Below, one piece after another: positions 20,722 through 40,096 of a DNA stretch of 64,000 bases (positions are counted from its first letter, which is position 1; the number at the start of each line of letters is the position of its first letter). The translations under genes and the position numbers were made by a program. Origin of the DNA: the human T2T-CHM13v2.0 reference genome, Homo sapiens. The notes under the pieces were generated by a model. That model was given only the letters and a program-made list of their open reading frames with translations, searched no databases and was not told where the DNA came from. Where the stretch lies: NCBI RefSeq assembly GCF_009914755.1, contig NC_060930.1. One strand, 5' to 3'.

Positions 20722-22514
20722 TGATCCACCCACCTCGGCCTCCCAAAGTGCTGGGATTACAGGCATGAGCCACCGTGTCCGGCCAGCAGAGGAGTCTTGA
20801 GAAGCAGCAGCCACAGGAGAGACAGGAAGAAAACCAAGAGTAAGGTGTCTTGGCGACCAAGTGAAGAAGAGAGGCGTGATCAGTTTTTTCAAGTGCTGCT
20901 GAGGAGTCAATTAAGATGAGGACTAACATGACCTTTTGGATTTAGAAAATGAAAGGAGTGGAATTGAGGAGAGTTAGACAACTGTTTTGAGAAGTTTTAT
21001 GGTAAAGAGGAGCAAGAAAAGAGGTGGTAGCTGGGGAGGAGTGGAGGCAAGAGGTTTGTGTAATTGCTTGCTTTTGAATGAGACAAAAGTAACAGCATCC
21101 TCTCCTTTACTATAGCCACCCCCACGTTGATTCATTTCCTCACATATGCCAAGTGCCTGGCTAGGCCTTGGTAAAACACGCAATTCTTGTCATCAGGGAA
21201 CTGCCATTTAAGTGGAATGTGGGCAAGTAAACTGACTGCCAGGGCACACATGTAAAAGCAGGTCCAGGGGAGGTTGAACCCTGCATCAGCTGGAGCTCAG
21301 AGCAAGAATGCCTGAGCTGGGTGCAGTGGATCACGCCTGTAATTCCAGCACTTTGGGAGGCCGAGGCAGGCGGATTACAAGGTTAGGAGTTCGAGACCAG
21401 CCTGGCCAACATAGTGAAACCCCATCTCTGCTAAAGATGCAAAAATTAGCCAGGCGTGGTGCTGTGTGCCTGTAGTCCCAGTTACTGGGGAGGCTGAGGC
21501 GGGAGAATTGCTTGAACCCAGGAGGCGGAGGTTGCAGTGAGCTGAGCACTGCACACCAGCCCGGGTGACAGTGCAAGACTCCATCTCAAAAAAATAAAAA
21601 AATGCCTGAGCATCCTTGAATGCTCATCCTCATTCATCCTTGAATGAGAGAAAAATAACAGCATGCCAATGGACTGGTCCATTATCAAGCAAAAAAATCA
21701 CTGTTGTAACTTGATATTTCCCCATAGCTCGGTTTCAGGCCACCTTTGCTCTCAGAACTTTGTAGGCATCCTTGCTCTGCGCTCCAGCTGGTGCAGGGTT
21801 CAGCCTCCCCGGACCTGCTTTCACATCTGTGCCCTGGCAGTCAGTTTACTTGTCCACATTCCACTTAAATGGCAGTTCCCTGGTGACAAGGACTGTGTGT
21901 TTTATACCAAGGCCTACCCAGGAACTTGGCATATGTGGGCGAACGAGTGATTGTAGGGGTGGCTATAGTAATGGGCAGGATGCTCATTTCATTTCTAGAA
22001 ATTGAATCTGCAACCATTCACTGGTTTTGGTATGTCCTGAGCAGAGGAGTGAAGAACAGGGCACTGTGTAGTCCCTATCACTACACTTAGAGTTTGGGAG
22101 ATAATTTGTGACTTAATTCAAAAGTAACAAAAAAATGTGTAGTGTTGGTGCAACCAGAGTATGGAAAAGGGCATGTGGGGCATGGCTTGGTAGAGGAGGA
22201 TGTGACTCGTGTGGAGTCTGGAGGAAGAGGAGACCATGACAAAGGGACAGGAATTTTTCAGTAGTAGATTTTTTTTTTTTTTCAAGTGAGCTATAAGGAA
22301 CCCAGTATTCTCCAGTGCTGCTTTGGCTTGAGAGGAGCTGGGTGCCTGGTTAGCTTTCTTCTCTGGCACCCCCACTTCCAACTCAGGGCTCCCCTGACCA
22401 GTTTCAAAGTCCTGAGGCAGGGCCGGGCACGGTGGCTCACGCCTGTAATCCCAGCACTTTGGGAGGCTGAGCTGGGCAGATCACGAGGTCAGGAGATCAA
22501 GACCATCCTAGCTA

Positions 22515-22781
<267 letters not shown>

Positions 22782-23712
22782 CTACAAATGGTCATCATCT
22801 CCAGCAAGAATTAGCTTAATGTGTTTCCTCAATTTTATGTTTTTAATGAATTTTATCTAAGCTTCCAACATTTGCCAATGTTTGCCTGCTAGAAAGTTAA
22901 GCTGATCACAATGAGAGGTAGTGAGTAGCTAATAAACACAAGGGAATACGTGGCTTGACATTTTGGTATGTTTGTTGAATTTACAAGTGCACCTGATTCT
23001 AAATAGTTATTTTCTGCAAGGAAAGGTTTCCTAATGCAGGTAGCAGAGAGCCACATCATATCTAGGCATTCCTCAAAGTAAACAACGGTACGGTATAAAG
23101 CTAGGACTTTTCTCAAAGTCAGGAAAAGAGTGTAAAAAAGATACTGAAAAACATAAAAATAGAACTTATGGATGGGGAGTGTGGGCACCCAGGGTCTGAC
23201 ACAGAAACAGGACTACTTCCCTTCCCTAGGTGTCTCCTCTTAGGATATTTTCTAAGTTGGGGCAACAGTTCCTCCCACTCTTCTACCCCTGAAAACTATC
23301 TGTTCTCTCTGGTATTGCACTGGTTGGTGAGTTTTTATTCCAGAAAAAAAAAAGAGGAAAATAGATGTCAGGGTGTGGAAGAAAGAGTGCTTAACTTGGA
23401 GTCAGAACACTGATGGACAGTTCAGCATGGTAGTAATGAGTCTAGGCTTTGCAGCTCGGATGCCTAGATTTGAAGAGTATCTGTGTGACCCTATAACTGA
23501 GATGGGCTTGTCGCAAGGAACAAATGAGTTAACGTGTAGAGCAATGCCTGGCCCACGGTGAAAACAATGAGCTTTAAGAAGACTTGACCTTGGTCGGGTG
23601 CGTTGGCTCATGCCTGTAATCCTAGCACTTTGGGAGGCCAAGGTGGGCAGATCACCTGAGGTCGGGAGTTCAAGACCAGCCTGACCAACATGGAGAAACC
23701 CCGTCTCTACTA

Positions 23713-23871
<159 letters not shown>

Positions 23872-24038
23872 TTAAAAAAAAAGAAGACTTGACCTTGGGA
23901 TCCTAGCCCTGTCATTTACTAGCTGTGCCACTTAGCGTATTCTTAAATTGCTTCAACTTTTGTTTGTACTCATCTGCAAAATGAGGGAACTGCACAAGGT
24001 CATCCCTCAGAGGCTGCTTTTTTTTTTCTTATTTTTGA

Positions 24039-24197
<159 letters not shown>

Positions 24198-24453
24198 TAG
24201 CAGAGACCGGGTTTCTCCATGTTAGGCTGGTCTCAAACTCCCAAACTCAGGTCATCAGTCCACCTCAGCCTCCCAAAGTGCTGGGATTACAGGCATGAGC
24301 CACCTAAGTAAAACTTTGAATAATGACTCTAGGACTTAAGACCAACACAGACTTCCTGGGGATGATGTTAGAGAGCTCTGGCCACCTATGGCTAAACCTT
24401 CCTGTGTGTTTTGGGTGGTTGGGAGAGTATGAGAGGCTGTGCTTATGAGTTAA

Positions 24454-24889
<436 letters not shown>

Positions 24890-26577
24890 TAATCAGAAAT
24901 TTTATGAAAAAATATTATTGCATATAGGGGGTATACTCAACCTTTCCTAGTTATGACTTTTGGGGGGGCATCTAATTTAAATGTATTATTAATGCCCCGA
25001 TATTCAAATATACTACTGTTGGCAACACTGGGCCGTGGCTATACAAACCTGTGACAAAGTTTTCCTAGACCCACAGTGAGAAAAATAAATGACAATAGTT
25101 GATTTCTTATAATGCAAAATTTATTCATCTTAAAGAAGTTTAATTCTGGCCGGGCACTGTGGCTCACACCTATAATCTCAGCACTTTGGGAGGCTGAGGC
25201 GGACAGATCACCTGAGGTCAGGAGTTCCAGACGAGCCTGACCAATATGGAGAAACCCCATCTCTACTAAAAATACAAAATTAGCCAGACGTGGTAGCGCA
25301 TGCCTGTAATCGCAGCTGCTCAGGAGGCTGAGGCAGGAGAATCACTTGAACCCAGGAGGCAGAGGCAGTGAGCCGAGATCGAGCCGTTTCACTCCAGCCT
25401 GGGCAAACAAGAGCGAAACTCCATCTCAAAAAAAGTTGTTTAATTCTGGCTGGGCGCGGTGACTCACGCCTGTAATCCCAGCACTTTGGGAGGCCGACGC
25501 AGGCAGATCACGAGGTCAGGAGATCGAGACCATCCTGTCTAACACGGTGAAACCCGTCTCTACTAAAAATACAAAAAAATTAGTTGGGCGTGGTGGTGGG
25601 CACCTGTAGTCCCAGCTACTCGGGAGGCTGAGGCAGGAGAATGGCGAATGGCGTGAACCCAGGAGGCGGAGCTTGCAGTGAGCTGAGATCGCGCCACTGT
25701 ACTCCAGCCTGGGCGACAGAGTGAGACTCCGTCTCAAAAAAAAAAAAAAAAGTGGTTCAATTCTGAGATTATGTCCTTCCTACTCTTTTGGCATGAAATC
25801 TTTCTTGGAGTCCACCATGAGGTATCTTTCTCAATTTTGTTTTTTCTGTAGAGATAGAGTCTTACTGTTGCCCAGGCTGGTCTCAAACTCCTGGGCTCAA
25901 GCAGTCCTCCTGCCTCAGCTTCCCAAAGTGCTGGGATACAGGCGTGAGCCACTGCGCCTAGCCTAGTTACCTTTAAAAAAAAAGTTTTTTTAATTGTACT
26001 AATCAGTGAAATATACAGCCTGGGAAATGCTGAAATCCCAGACTGGAGTGCAGTGACACGATCTCAGCTCACTGCAACCTCTGCCTCCCAGGTTCAAGCA
26101 CCCGCCACCACACCTGGCTAATTTTTGTATTTTGAGTAGAGATGGGGTTTCACCATGTTGGCCAGGATGGTCTCAAGCACCTGACCTCAAGTGATCTGCC
26201 CGCCTCAGCCTCCCAAAGTGTTGGGATTACCGGCATGAGCCACCATGCCTGGCTCCAGCTAATTTTCGTACTAAAAGTAGAGATGGGGTTTCACCACGTT
26301 GGCCAGGCTGGTCTTGAACTCCTCACCTCAAGTGATCCTCCCTCCTTGGACTCCAAAGTGGTGGGATTACAGGCGTGAGCCTGTACCCAGCCTGATTATG
26401 TAAAATTTAAAATTAGCGAGACCTCATCTCTACTAAATAAATTAAATCTAAAAAATTTAAAGGCATTTTTATGAATGGGTATTATTCATTCTCTATTACG
26501 CTAGAATATGTGTAAAAGTAATTATTGGCAACATTTCTCTTGAAGGTACTTCAGGTAGTTTCTAGTCATTATTTTAG

Positions 26578-26727
<150 letters not shown>

Positions 26728-27617
26728 TGAGTAGCTGGGATTATAGGCGTATGCCACCACACCCGGCTAATTTTTGTATTTTTAGTAGAGATGGGGTTTC
26801 ATCATGTTGGCCAGGCTGGTCTTGAACTCCTGACCTCAGGAGATCCACCCGCCTCAGCCTCCCAAAGTGCTGGGATTACAGGCATGAGCCACCATGCCCA
26901 CCCTAGCATTTTAAAATTATTCCAAATTATAGTTATGTTGAAACAGAGTCTTTACATTCAGTCTGCTTTATTTCCCTTTTAAGACTTAGATTGGAGTCCC
27001 AAGAGTGGTGGATTAATAGAGTTGAGACTGGGTCGTATGCTCATCCATGCCAGGGAAATAAGGCCCAAAATGTTAAATATAAATTGGAAGTAGCTAGCTC
27101 CATGTTTTTGAGTGAGCCATAATCAGAGGTATCAATCCTAAGGTACAATCTAGGCACAAAGGAAAGTCATTTGCAGACTCACGGTACAAGGATGTTAACC
27201 ATATGGAAACCCTTCCCTCATTACCAAATCATGGTCTCTAAAACCTTCTTGATATACTTGCAGGGGTGGGGGTGAGTGTGAGTCTGCCACCATCATAAGA
27301 TGGTTTCTGCTACATTTGAAGTAACTGTAGGAGTTGATTGCCCTCTGACATGTCACAAGCACTTGTTGCAGTTCCCTAGTTTGTGGATCTCTAGACCCCT
27401 TCCTTGTCTGCTAGCTAATGCCTCTGTTAAACATTGGGAAGGAGATGTAAAAGGAGTTAAAATGCAGGTCTGTCCAATTTGTTCACCCTTACCTCTGATT
27501 TGCTGGGGCTGGAGGTTGAAATAAAGTTTAGAGATTCACTCTGGATTTTATGAAGTCATGATCTGGTGTCCTTCCTTGGCAAAGTCAATGTTGTAAGGAT
27601 GTAATGTATGTCAGTCA

Positions 27618-28022
<405 letters not shown>

Positions 28023-28217
28023 CTAATTTGTGGGAGGGAGAAGAGTAGAACCAGTGCTTTCACATATACTCATATCACATTGGACCTTCCTGACAATCCT
28101 ATGAGCTAAGCACATTAGTTGCAGCTAGAAGATTCACTGTGCTGTGGTATATGGCCCTTAGTACATGCAGATTGATATGACCCTGTTTTTGTTTTTTTGT
28201 TTTTTGGTTTTTTTTAA

Positions 28218-28517
<300 letters not shown>

Positions 28518-28645
28518 TAGGGGCGAATACGTATAGTACTGTACATAAAGCGTTCATAGTGCATATGGTTTATGTTGTAATAATGTCATGACACTGCACT
28601 TGTGAGATAAAACTGATTTATTATCTGTTTCAGATTATAAGCGCC

Positions 28646-29115
28646 ATGGCTATGGCTAGTGTTAAATTGCTTGCCGGTGTTTTAAGAAAGCCAGATGCCT
28701 GGATTGGACTCTGGGGTGTTCTCCGAGGGACACCTTCATCATACAAACTCTGTACTTCCTGGAATCGATACTTGTATTTTTCTAGTACCAAGTTACGTGC
28801 ACCAAATTATAAAACACTTTTTTATAATATTTTCTCACTGAGACTCCCAGGGCTTTTACTATCTCCAGAATGTATTTTTCCTTTTTCCGTAAGACTCAAA
28901 AGTAATATAAGGTCTACAAAATCTACTAAAAAGTCTCTGCAAAAAGTAGATGAAGAGGACTCTGATGAAGAAAGCCATCATGATGAGATGAGTGAGCAGG
29001 AAGAGGAGCTTGAGGATGATCCTACTGTAGTCAAAAACTATAAAGACCTGGAAAAAGCAGTTCAGTCTTTTCGGTATGATGTTGTCCTGAAGACGGGGCT
29101 AGATATTGGGAGAAA
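28646..29115 (+). CDS. MTRES1: MTRES1 coding exon 1 (exon 28634-29115): basic/hydrophobic mitochondrial-presequence-like N-terminus, acidic linker, start of the S4-like domain
   Basis: Acceptor tttcag|ATT at 28633/28634, strong Kozak gccATGg and donor AAA|GTGAGT. Translation MAMASVKLLAGVLRKPDAW...RYDVVLKTGLDIGR. Confidence 0.95.
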
Positions 29116-29536
29116 GTGAGTATGATACGCATTTCATTATAAACTCGCTCGTAGTCGTGTTATTTTAATATAGCATTACAAATCACTTGGCCCATATTAT
29201 GGTGAAGAATAACCACAATAAAAGGACCTTTGTAGGTAACCTGTTTCAATTATTTCATTTTATAGATGAGCAAACTGATTTCCAAAGAAGTCAAGTGACT
29301 GCCTGCAAATCCTATGTGCCATATTTGAATCTAAGACACAGTTGACTGTAAGATGAACCATTGATTTAAAAACAGCTTCTTGAGGAGAAAATGAATCACC
29401 ATATTAGATGTATGTAGCAAACGTAAAATGTACCTGGATATTTCACAAATGCTATAATGTGAGACGGTACCTCAGCTGGGCATGGTGACTCATGCCTGTA
29501 ATCCCAGCACTTTGAGAGGCTGAGCTGGGCGGATCA

Positions 29537-29776
<240 letters not shown>

Positions 29777-30000
29777 TTAGAATTAACAGCATGATGTATA
29801 ATAAGATGTTGGTTAAGAATGCACGCTTTGGCTGGGCGCAGTGGCTCATGTCTGTAATCCGAGCACTTTGGGAGGCCAAGGCGGGCGGATCACAAGGTCA
29901 GGAGATCGAGACCATCCTGGCTAGCACGGTGAAACTCCGTCTCTACTAAAAATACAAAAAATTAGCCAGGCGTGGTGGCAGGCGCCTGTAGTCCCAGCTA

Positions 30001-30611
<611 letters not shown>

Positions 30612-31030
30612 TAGCCAGGATGGTCTCGATCTCCTGACCTCGTGATCCACCCACCTCCGCTCCCAAAGTGCTGGGATTACAGGCGTGAGCCACCGCGCCT
30701 GGCGAAGATTTCTTTAGTATTCTGATTCCCTCTCTGCTAGATTAATTATATAAGAATAGTGGCCTTCATTGTTCATTTATTCCCTTAGGAATGATTGCAT
30801 GCATATTGTATACAATGTAAGAATTGTGATATGAATAAATGCAGCAAAACTTCTTGTGTAATTTGTACCTTTATGACCTAATGTAATGGCATAGTTTAAT
30901 TTTTTAATCCCTGAAGCTTAAGAGATTCATAAAAAGGGCCGGGTGCGGTGGCTCACGCCTGTAGTCCCAGCACTTTGGGAGGCCAAGGCAGGTGTATCAC
31001 GAGGTCAGGTGATCGATAGCATCCTGGCTA

Positions 31031-31310
<280 letters not shown>

Positions 31311-32107
31311 CTAAACTCTGGCAAACAAATAAGGGGGCCTCTCCTCTCCCAGAGTAGTAACTCCTGCTGTTGTTATTAAGCCAAGCTCCACATGTCAGTC
31401 ACCTGGAATCAGATATCAAAAAAAGGTGTACTGATTTTTAGCTGCTTCCTCCCCCGGTCTGGTTGCCCTAGTGCGTTAAGTTCAGAGAGATCAGCAGCTG
31501 TCAGATTGGAATCTCCCCAGCCTCAGTACAAACTGGCAGAGGGTTTCTTAATGGCCTTGCCATACATGTGGTGCCTGGTTTTTCTCTCAGTGTACAGAGC
31601 AGGTGTCTGAGGGGAAGGAAGTGCCCACTCACTTTGGCTGTTGTGAATCACCAGAGCTGCAGCCTGGCCATGTAGTCTCTGCACTGGGAGTCAGGTGGAG
31701 TACCCCAGGCCCCTGTCCAGAATGGAGCTTGACATCTATGCTAAAACCTTTCTTAAGGCTCCAATTAACTGCCTAAGAGCACTAGCAAATCTTTGCAGCA
31801 GTTCAACATCTATTTAGAAATGCCCTTTGGTCTCCCTGTTTCAGATACACATCAGAGCAGGTGACTTTCACTTTCCCAGGACTCAAAATGGAGACTGGGG
31901 AATCCTTGTCAGAATAAACATTAATGGAGGGCCGGGTGCGGTGGCTCACGCCTGTAATCCCAGCACTTTGGGAGGCTGAGGTGGGCGGATCATGAGGTCA
32001 GGAGATCGAGACCATCCTGGCTAACATGGTGAAACCCCGTCTCTACTAAAAATACAAAAAAAAATTACCCAGGCGTGGTGGCGGGCGCCTGTAGTCCCAG
32101 CTACTCA

Positions 32108-32242
<135 letters not shown>

Positions 32243-32260
32243 TTATCTCAAACTTGTATA

Positions 32261-32660
32261 CAGTTGATGCTTGAACAGTGTGGGGGTTAGGGGTGCCAAC
32301 CCCCATGCAGTTGAAAAGCCACATATAACTTTTGACACTCAGAAAACTTAACTACTAATATTTTGACACTCAGAAAACTTAACTACTAATATAGCCTACT
32401 GTTGACCAAAGGCCTTACTGATACACAGTTACAATAAAGTAAGCTAGAGAAAAGAAAATGTTATTAAGAAAATCATAAGTGAAAATATATTTACTATTTA
32501 TTAAGTGGAAGTGGATCATCATGAAGGTCTTCATCCTGGCTGAGGAAGAGGAGGAAGAGGAGGCGTTGGACTTGCTGTCTCAGAGGTGGCAGAGGCTAAA
32601 GGAAATCCACATATAAGTGGATCTGCACAGTTTGGACCCGTGCTGGCCAAGGGTCAACTG
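32261..32660 (+). mobile_element. Tigger2a-like TcMar DNA transposon
   Basis: TA then cagttgatgcttgaaca ... aagggtcaactg inverted termini. Confidence 0.82.
32330..32391 (+). repeat. Perfect 31-bp tandem duplication
   Basis: ttttgacactcagaaaacttaactactaata occurs twice. Confidence 0.95.
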
Positions 32661-32888
32661 CAATTGTTTTGAGTATATTTCTATATTTTAAAGCACTTTA
32701 CCTTTAAAAAAAATAGATTTGAGGCCGGACGCGGTGGTTCACGCCTGTAATCCCAGCACTTTGGGAGGCCAAGGCGGGCGGATCACGAGGTCAGGAGTTC
32801 AAGACCAGCCTGGCCGACATAGTGAAACCCTGTCTCTACTAAAAATACAAAAGTTAGGCATGTTGATGTGTGCCTGTAGTCCCAGCTA

Positions 32889-33115
<227 letters not shown>

Positions 33116-33135
33116 TGCTTTTTTTTGTTTTGTAG

Positions 33136-33208
33136 CAAAGTGGAAGATGCTTTCTACAAAGGTGAACTCAGGCTGAATGAGGAAAAATTATGGAAGAAAA
33201 GCAGAACG
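33136..33208 (+). CDS. MTRES1: MTRES1 coding exon 2 (73 nt)
   Basis: tttgttttgtag|C...ACG|GTGAGA. Phase-compatible with the previous exon, giving N-KVEDAFYKGELRLNEEKLWKKSRT. Confidence 0.93.
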
Positions 33209-34170
33209 GTGAGATACTAACCTAAAATGACAGCCAGATGTTTTCGTCTCTTACTCTGCTAGTAACTCAATTAATGCTGTCCCAAATTTTCCCTCTGGCT
33301 CCTCTTCTTTCTCTGAGGTCCTTTGTGGTCCTCCACGTCAAGCTGGTGGGAATCAGCTACAGGCTTCAGACACACAGGCACTTTCACTTTTGCAGCCTTA
33401 ATGATCTTCTGATGAAGCTTCTCCCTTTTAAAATTTTAGAATACACCACTGTTAGAACTGGCAGAAATCCATTAATTAAACTTCCAGGTCATTAATGTTA
33501 GCCCTCATGGAATCCTCATAATCAGATTTCAAAGAAACATTTGATCCACGTAGAATTGTTCTTTGGCCAGTGGTATCTGAGCAGATGTGTAATTCTATAC
33601 AGCTCAGCAGTACCCAGTGAGTGCTTGCTGGATGCACGGCTTTGTGTGCAGAGCAGTTATAGAAAAGGATGTGTTCTGTATTTTCTGACAAGTCCATATC
33701 AATACTGTTGTTAAGTGAAAGTCAGTTACAAGAAAATGTGTTTCCAGTCTCCACTTTTCTAACAATAAATCATATATAAAAATTCTGGGGCACAGTGGCT
33801 CATGCTTGTAATCCCAGCACTTTGGGAGCTGAGGCCAGCAGATCGCTTGAGCCCAGGAGTTGAAGACCAGCCTGGGCAACATGGCAAAACTGTCTCTACA
33901 AAAAATACAAAAAATTAGCCAGGCGTGGTGGCAGGCGCTTGTCCCAGCTACTCAGGAGGCTGAGACGGGAGGATTATCTGAGCCTAGGAGGTCAAGGCTG
34001 CAGTGAGCCATAATCATGCCAATGCACTCCAGTTTGGGTGACAGAGTGAGACCCTGTCTCAAAAAAAAAAAATTCTGGCTGGGCGCAGTGACTCACACCT
34101 GTAATCCCAGCACTTTGGGAGGCCGAGTCAGGTGGATCACGAGGTCAGGAGATCGAGACCATCCTGGCTA

Positions 34171-34408
<238 letters not shown>

Positions 34409-35804
34409 TTACGTATATATATACATCTGGAATTAAAATACTGCTGTTACTAGCATTTATCTTTAATTGAAGCATTATGGGTTATGTTAATTTCATAGTT
34501 TTTATTTTCTGAATTTTTTTACCATGAGTATGTATCACTTTCATAATGGAAAAAACAATACTGATAATAAAAGTTAACAAAACACAATAAAAAGTTATGA
34601 CAGAGACCCTTAAAAAGTGTGGAAGACACAAGACACGAGGTATTGGAAGACATAATCTAACTCAGTGTTCAGGGAACAAAGGTTCCAGAGAAGTTAGACA
34701 TACTTTGGAGATTGTTTTCATTTCATCTTTCATATTTCAAAATACCCCTGGGGTTGGAGGATCCGAACTACATCCGGTTGCCCTAGGACATGGGAAATTG
34801 AGGCTGTCGGCTGTCAGCCGTGCATTTGGGTGAGCACTGAGGCTTCCTGCAGTCCTTGCTAACTGGGATCATGCAGGTTCTTGCAGCTCTGTGGGCAGAA
34901 GGAGGGAAAACTCCCCCAAGCTGTCTCAGCCCCCAAGTCCCAGGGCCCTGGTGATGCCCCTGACTTGAACCGGCAGGCTGGGACTGTGGCTGGCTGTCAG
35001 CAGCTATTGCTCAGTGAGCTACATGCAGTCATAAGCCCTTCTCATCTCTGAATAGCTTTTTCCTGCTGTAGCCTGCCCTCCTTCTAAGCTGCAGTATTCC
35101 AAAAACAAGATGTATTCTTGGAGTAAAGAATGATTACTCCCTGAACACCCTGTCTCTGTGCTGGGGCCTCATTTACAAACCCCACTAGACTATTTTTCCT
35201 CACACCCCTCCCACCCGCCCCCGTTTTGTGATGTTGTTAACTACAGCCTAATTGCTGCTGCTTCATTCTGCCTTGGGTGTTCTGTTGTCTCAGCTGCCTT
35301 CCATGTTTCTTGTGAGGGTCAGCAAAGGAAGGGGGCATTATTAACACTCAGCTGTCTTGTTACTAGGAGGCCTGGTAGCCATAGAAACTGCAGCTAACTA
35401 GAGATTTGAAATGTAGATATTTGGAACAGCTCCTAATCCCAGCCAGTTTTGCTTTGTGTCTGCTGAGGGACAGGGGCCGTGGAGGGGAATAAAGAATGCC
35501 TCGCCTTCCCTGGTCTGCTCTGTGGAGCCTGTGCCTGGCTGCTGACCCCGAAGGGTCAGGTGCTTGTCTGATGCTGCAGCTCTAACCCTGGCTGTCTGCG
35601 ATTCAGCAAAGCTTTTCTTTGAGCTGAAAACCAGGTGAAGCCCAGGGTGTGGTAGGTGTTGGGTAACTGTTGATTAAACAGTGGGTGTGTGGTGTCCAAG
35701 TATGGGGATTGAATCCTTCCTAAACTCATCTCTTCCTGGGATCAGTTGGGTAAAGGAGGAGCACCCCTTCTCTGTGCTACAAGGAAGCTCCAAAGGGATT
35801 CATT

Positions 35805-35808
<4 letters not shown>

Positions 35809-35851
<43 letters not shown>

Positions 35852-35973
35852 TTTTAGTAGAGACGGGGTTTCACTGTGTTAGCCAGGATGGTCTCGATCT
35901 CCTGACCTTGTGATCCACCTGCCTCGGCCTCCCAAAGTGCTGGGATTACAGGCGTGAGCCACCACACCCCGCC
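35809..35973 (-). mobile_element. AluY left monomer with a (TG)20 microsatellite in place of the right arm and tail
   Basis: (TG)20 at 35809-35848. Perfect 17-bp TSD aaagggattcattcttt at 35792-35808 and 35974-35990. Confidence 0.9.
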
Positions 35974-36047
35974 AAAGGGATTCATTCTTTAGCCACACAC
36001 TAGCCTTCTCTATCCAGAGGCAGACATCATGCACAGTATCTCTATGA

Positions 36048-36539
<492 letters not shown>

Positions 36540-36651
36540 TGAGGCCAGGAGTTTGAGACCAGCCTGGCCAACATGGTGAAACCCCATCTCTACTAAAAAT
36601 ACAGAAAGTTACCCGGGCATGGTGGCAGGCTCCTGTAATTCCAGCTATTCA

Positions 36652-36786
<135 letters not shown>

Positions 36787-36899
36787 TTAGCTGAGCAAGT
36801 TGGTGTGTGTCTGTAGTCGCAGCCACTTGGGAAGCTGAGGAGGGAGTGTCGTTGAGCCCAGGAGTTTGAGGCTACAGTACACTATGATTATGCCTATGA

Positions 36900-37241
<342 letters not shown>

Positions 37242-37434
37242 TGATCCACCCTCAGCCTCCCAAAGTGCTGGGATTACAGGCGTGAGCCACCACGCCTGGC
37301 CTGTATTTCTAGACAGATTTTTTAAAATGTCCACATAGGCTGAAGTAGTCATTTTAAAAAATTGAACCCAGGGTTGGGCGCGGTGGCTCACACTTGTAAT
37401 CCCAGCACTTTGGGAGGCCAAGGCAGGTGGATCA

Positions 37435-37689
<255 letters not shown>

Positions 37690-38239
37690 CTACAGAAGGG
37701 TGGAACCCCCCCACCCCTGCCCAGGTACCTGTGTTGTCCTATCCCTCAAACCCAAGGGGAGAAACAGTCTTGACAATAGCTGTGGTATGAGCCTTTCTGC
37801 TTCTCAGCCCACAGGAGAGGAAGTTAATGGTTTAAAATCTGCCCCTCTGTGAGTTTTATATCCAGCTATTGTGGGTTTCCTGGATTGGCCAGTATACTGT
37901 TGTGGCAAGCAGGTGCGCATGCCCATGTTGTGGACTGACTGTTGGGCCTGCAGAGGTCTTGAGTGGGTGGGAGAATAGACATGGGCTTGTTCTGGGGAGG
38001 TTGAAAGGTTTCAGAGTCTGAAGTTGTATCTGCCTTAAAGAACATTAATTGTAAAATAAGATAAAAGTCAGCATTTGACACCATACTTCTTAAACAGAAG
38101 CCCTCTAGTAGCCTTATAAATGGCAATGTGTGCCCACTTACTGTCAGTGGTCCACACATGGGCTTGCTCACCCCCTACTGGAAGCAGTGGTGAGGGGTAT
38201 GAGATGGCTCCCAGTCATCCCTGGCTTATGTTTTAGTAG

Positions 38240-38488
<249 letters not shown>

Positions 38489-38609
38489 TAGCCAGGATGG
38501 TCTCGATCTCCTGACCTTATGATCTGCCCGCCTCAGCCTCCCAAAGTACTGGGATTACAGGCTTGAGCCACCGTGCCCAGCCGGCCCTTCTTTTTTTTTT
38601 TTTTTTTGA

Positions 38610-39013
<404 letters not shown>

Positions 39014-39265
39014 TAACTGCCCCAGGGCATGCATTGCACTGTCTCAACTGAAGCTGCTTTCTGTGCAAAAATGGGTTTGACCTCAGCCTTTTAACCCATT
39101 GAATCAGCATCCAACTCTGCTTTCTGTGGCATTCTACCTTTGTGAGTGAGTTGAGGCAAGTGTTGCACTGGAAATTGTCTTCACTGTGCATGTAGTAATT
39201 ACTGTGCACACAGTCTCTAAGACTGCCCCCACTTTCTTTGTCTTTTGCCAGTGTTACCAAGATAA

Positions 39266-39736
<471 letters not shown>

Positions 39737-39916
39737 TGACCTTTCACCCTCCCTTTCACGCTGAGGCACTGGGATAGGTGACAGTGACTAAGGTCAGGGC
39801 CTTTACTCACCTGCCCCTCCTCTGGGTCATGATCATGTGGTGAAAACTCAGAGCAGTAATGTTTGCATTGGCCTGGATTTCCCGAAGTGTAACCAAGCCT
39901 CTGTTTTAATTTTCAG

Positions 39917-40096
39917 GTGAAAGTGGGAGATACATTGGATCTTCTCATTGGAGAGGATAAAGAAGCAGGAACAGAGACAGTTATGCGGATTCTCTTGAAA
40001 AAAGTGTTTGAAGAGAAGACTGAAAGTGAAAAATACAGAGTGGTGTTACGGCGGTGGAAAAGTTTAAAGTTGCCTAAGAAGAGAATGTCTAAATAA
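39917..40096 (+). CDS. MTRES1: MTRES1 last coding exon; the spliced CDS is 723 nt (240 aa)
   Basis: aattttcag|GTG, reading VKVGDTLDLLIGEDKEAGTETVMRILLKKVFEEKTESEKYRVVLRRWKSLKLPKKRMSK-TAA. This completes an S4-like motif (R.D...G...RN.V...G...LN......V..GD.L). Confidence 0.95.
   Translation: MKVGDTLDLLIGEDKEAGTETVMRILLKKVFEEKTESEKYRVVLRRWKSLKLPKKRMSK

Noticed and set aside
28646-29119. 157-aa ORF as the complete gene product
   Set aside because: The stop lies in the intron donor (GTGAGT). The spliced 240-aa CDS explains the downstream exons, so this is kept only as a possible isoform.
34740-35790. Repeat-poor intronic block as a hidden exon or enhancer
   Set aside because: No convincing frame-compatible exon or motif cluster could be supported from sequence alone.
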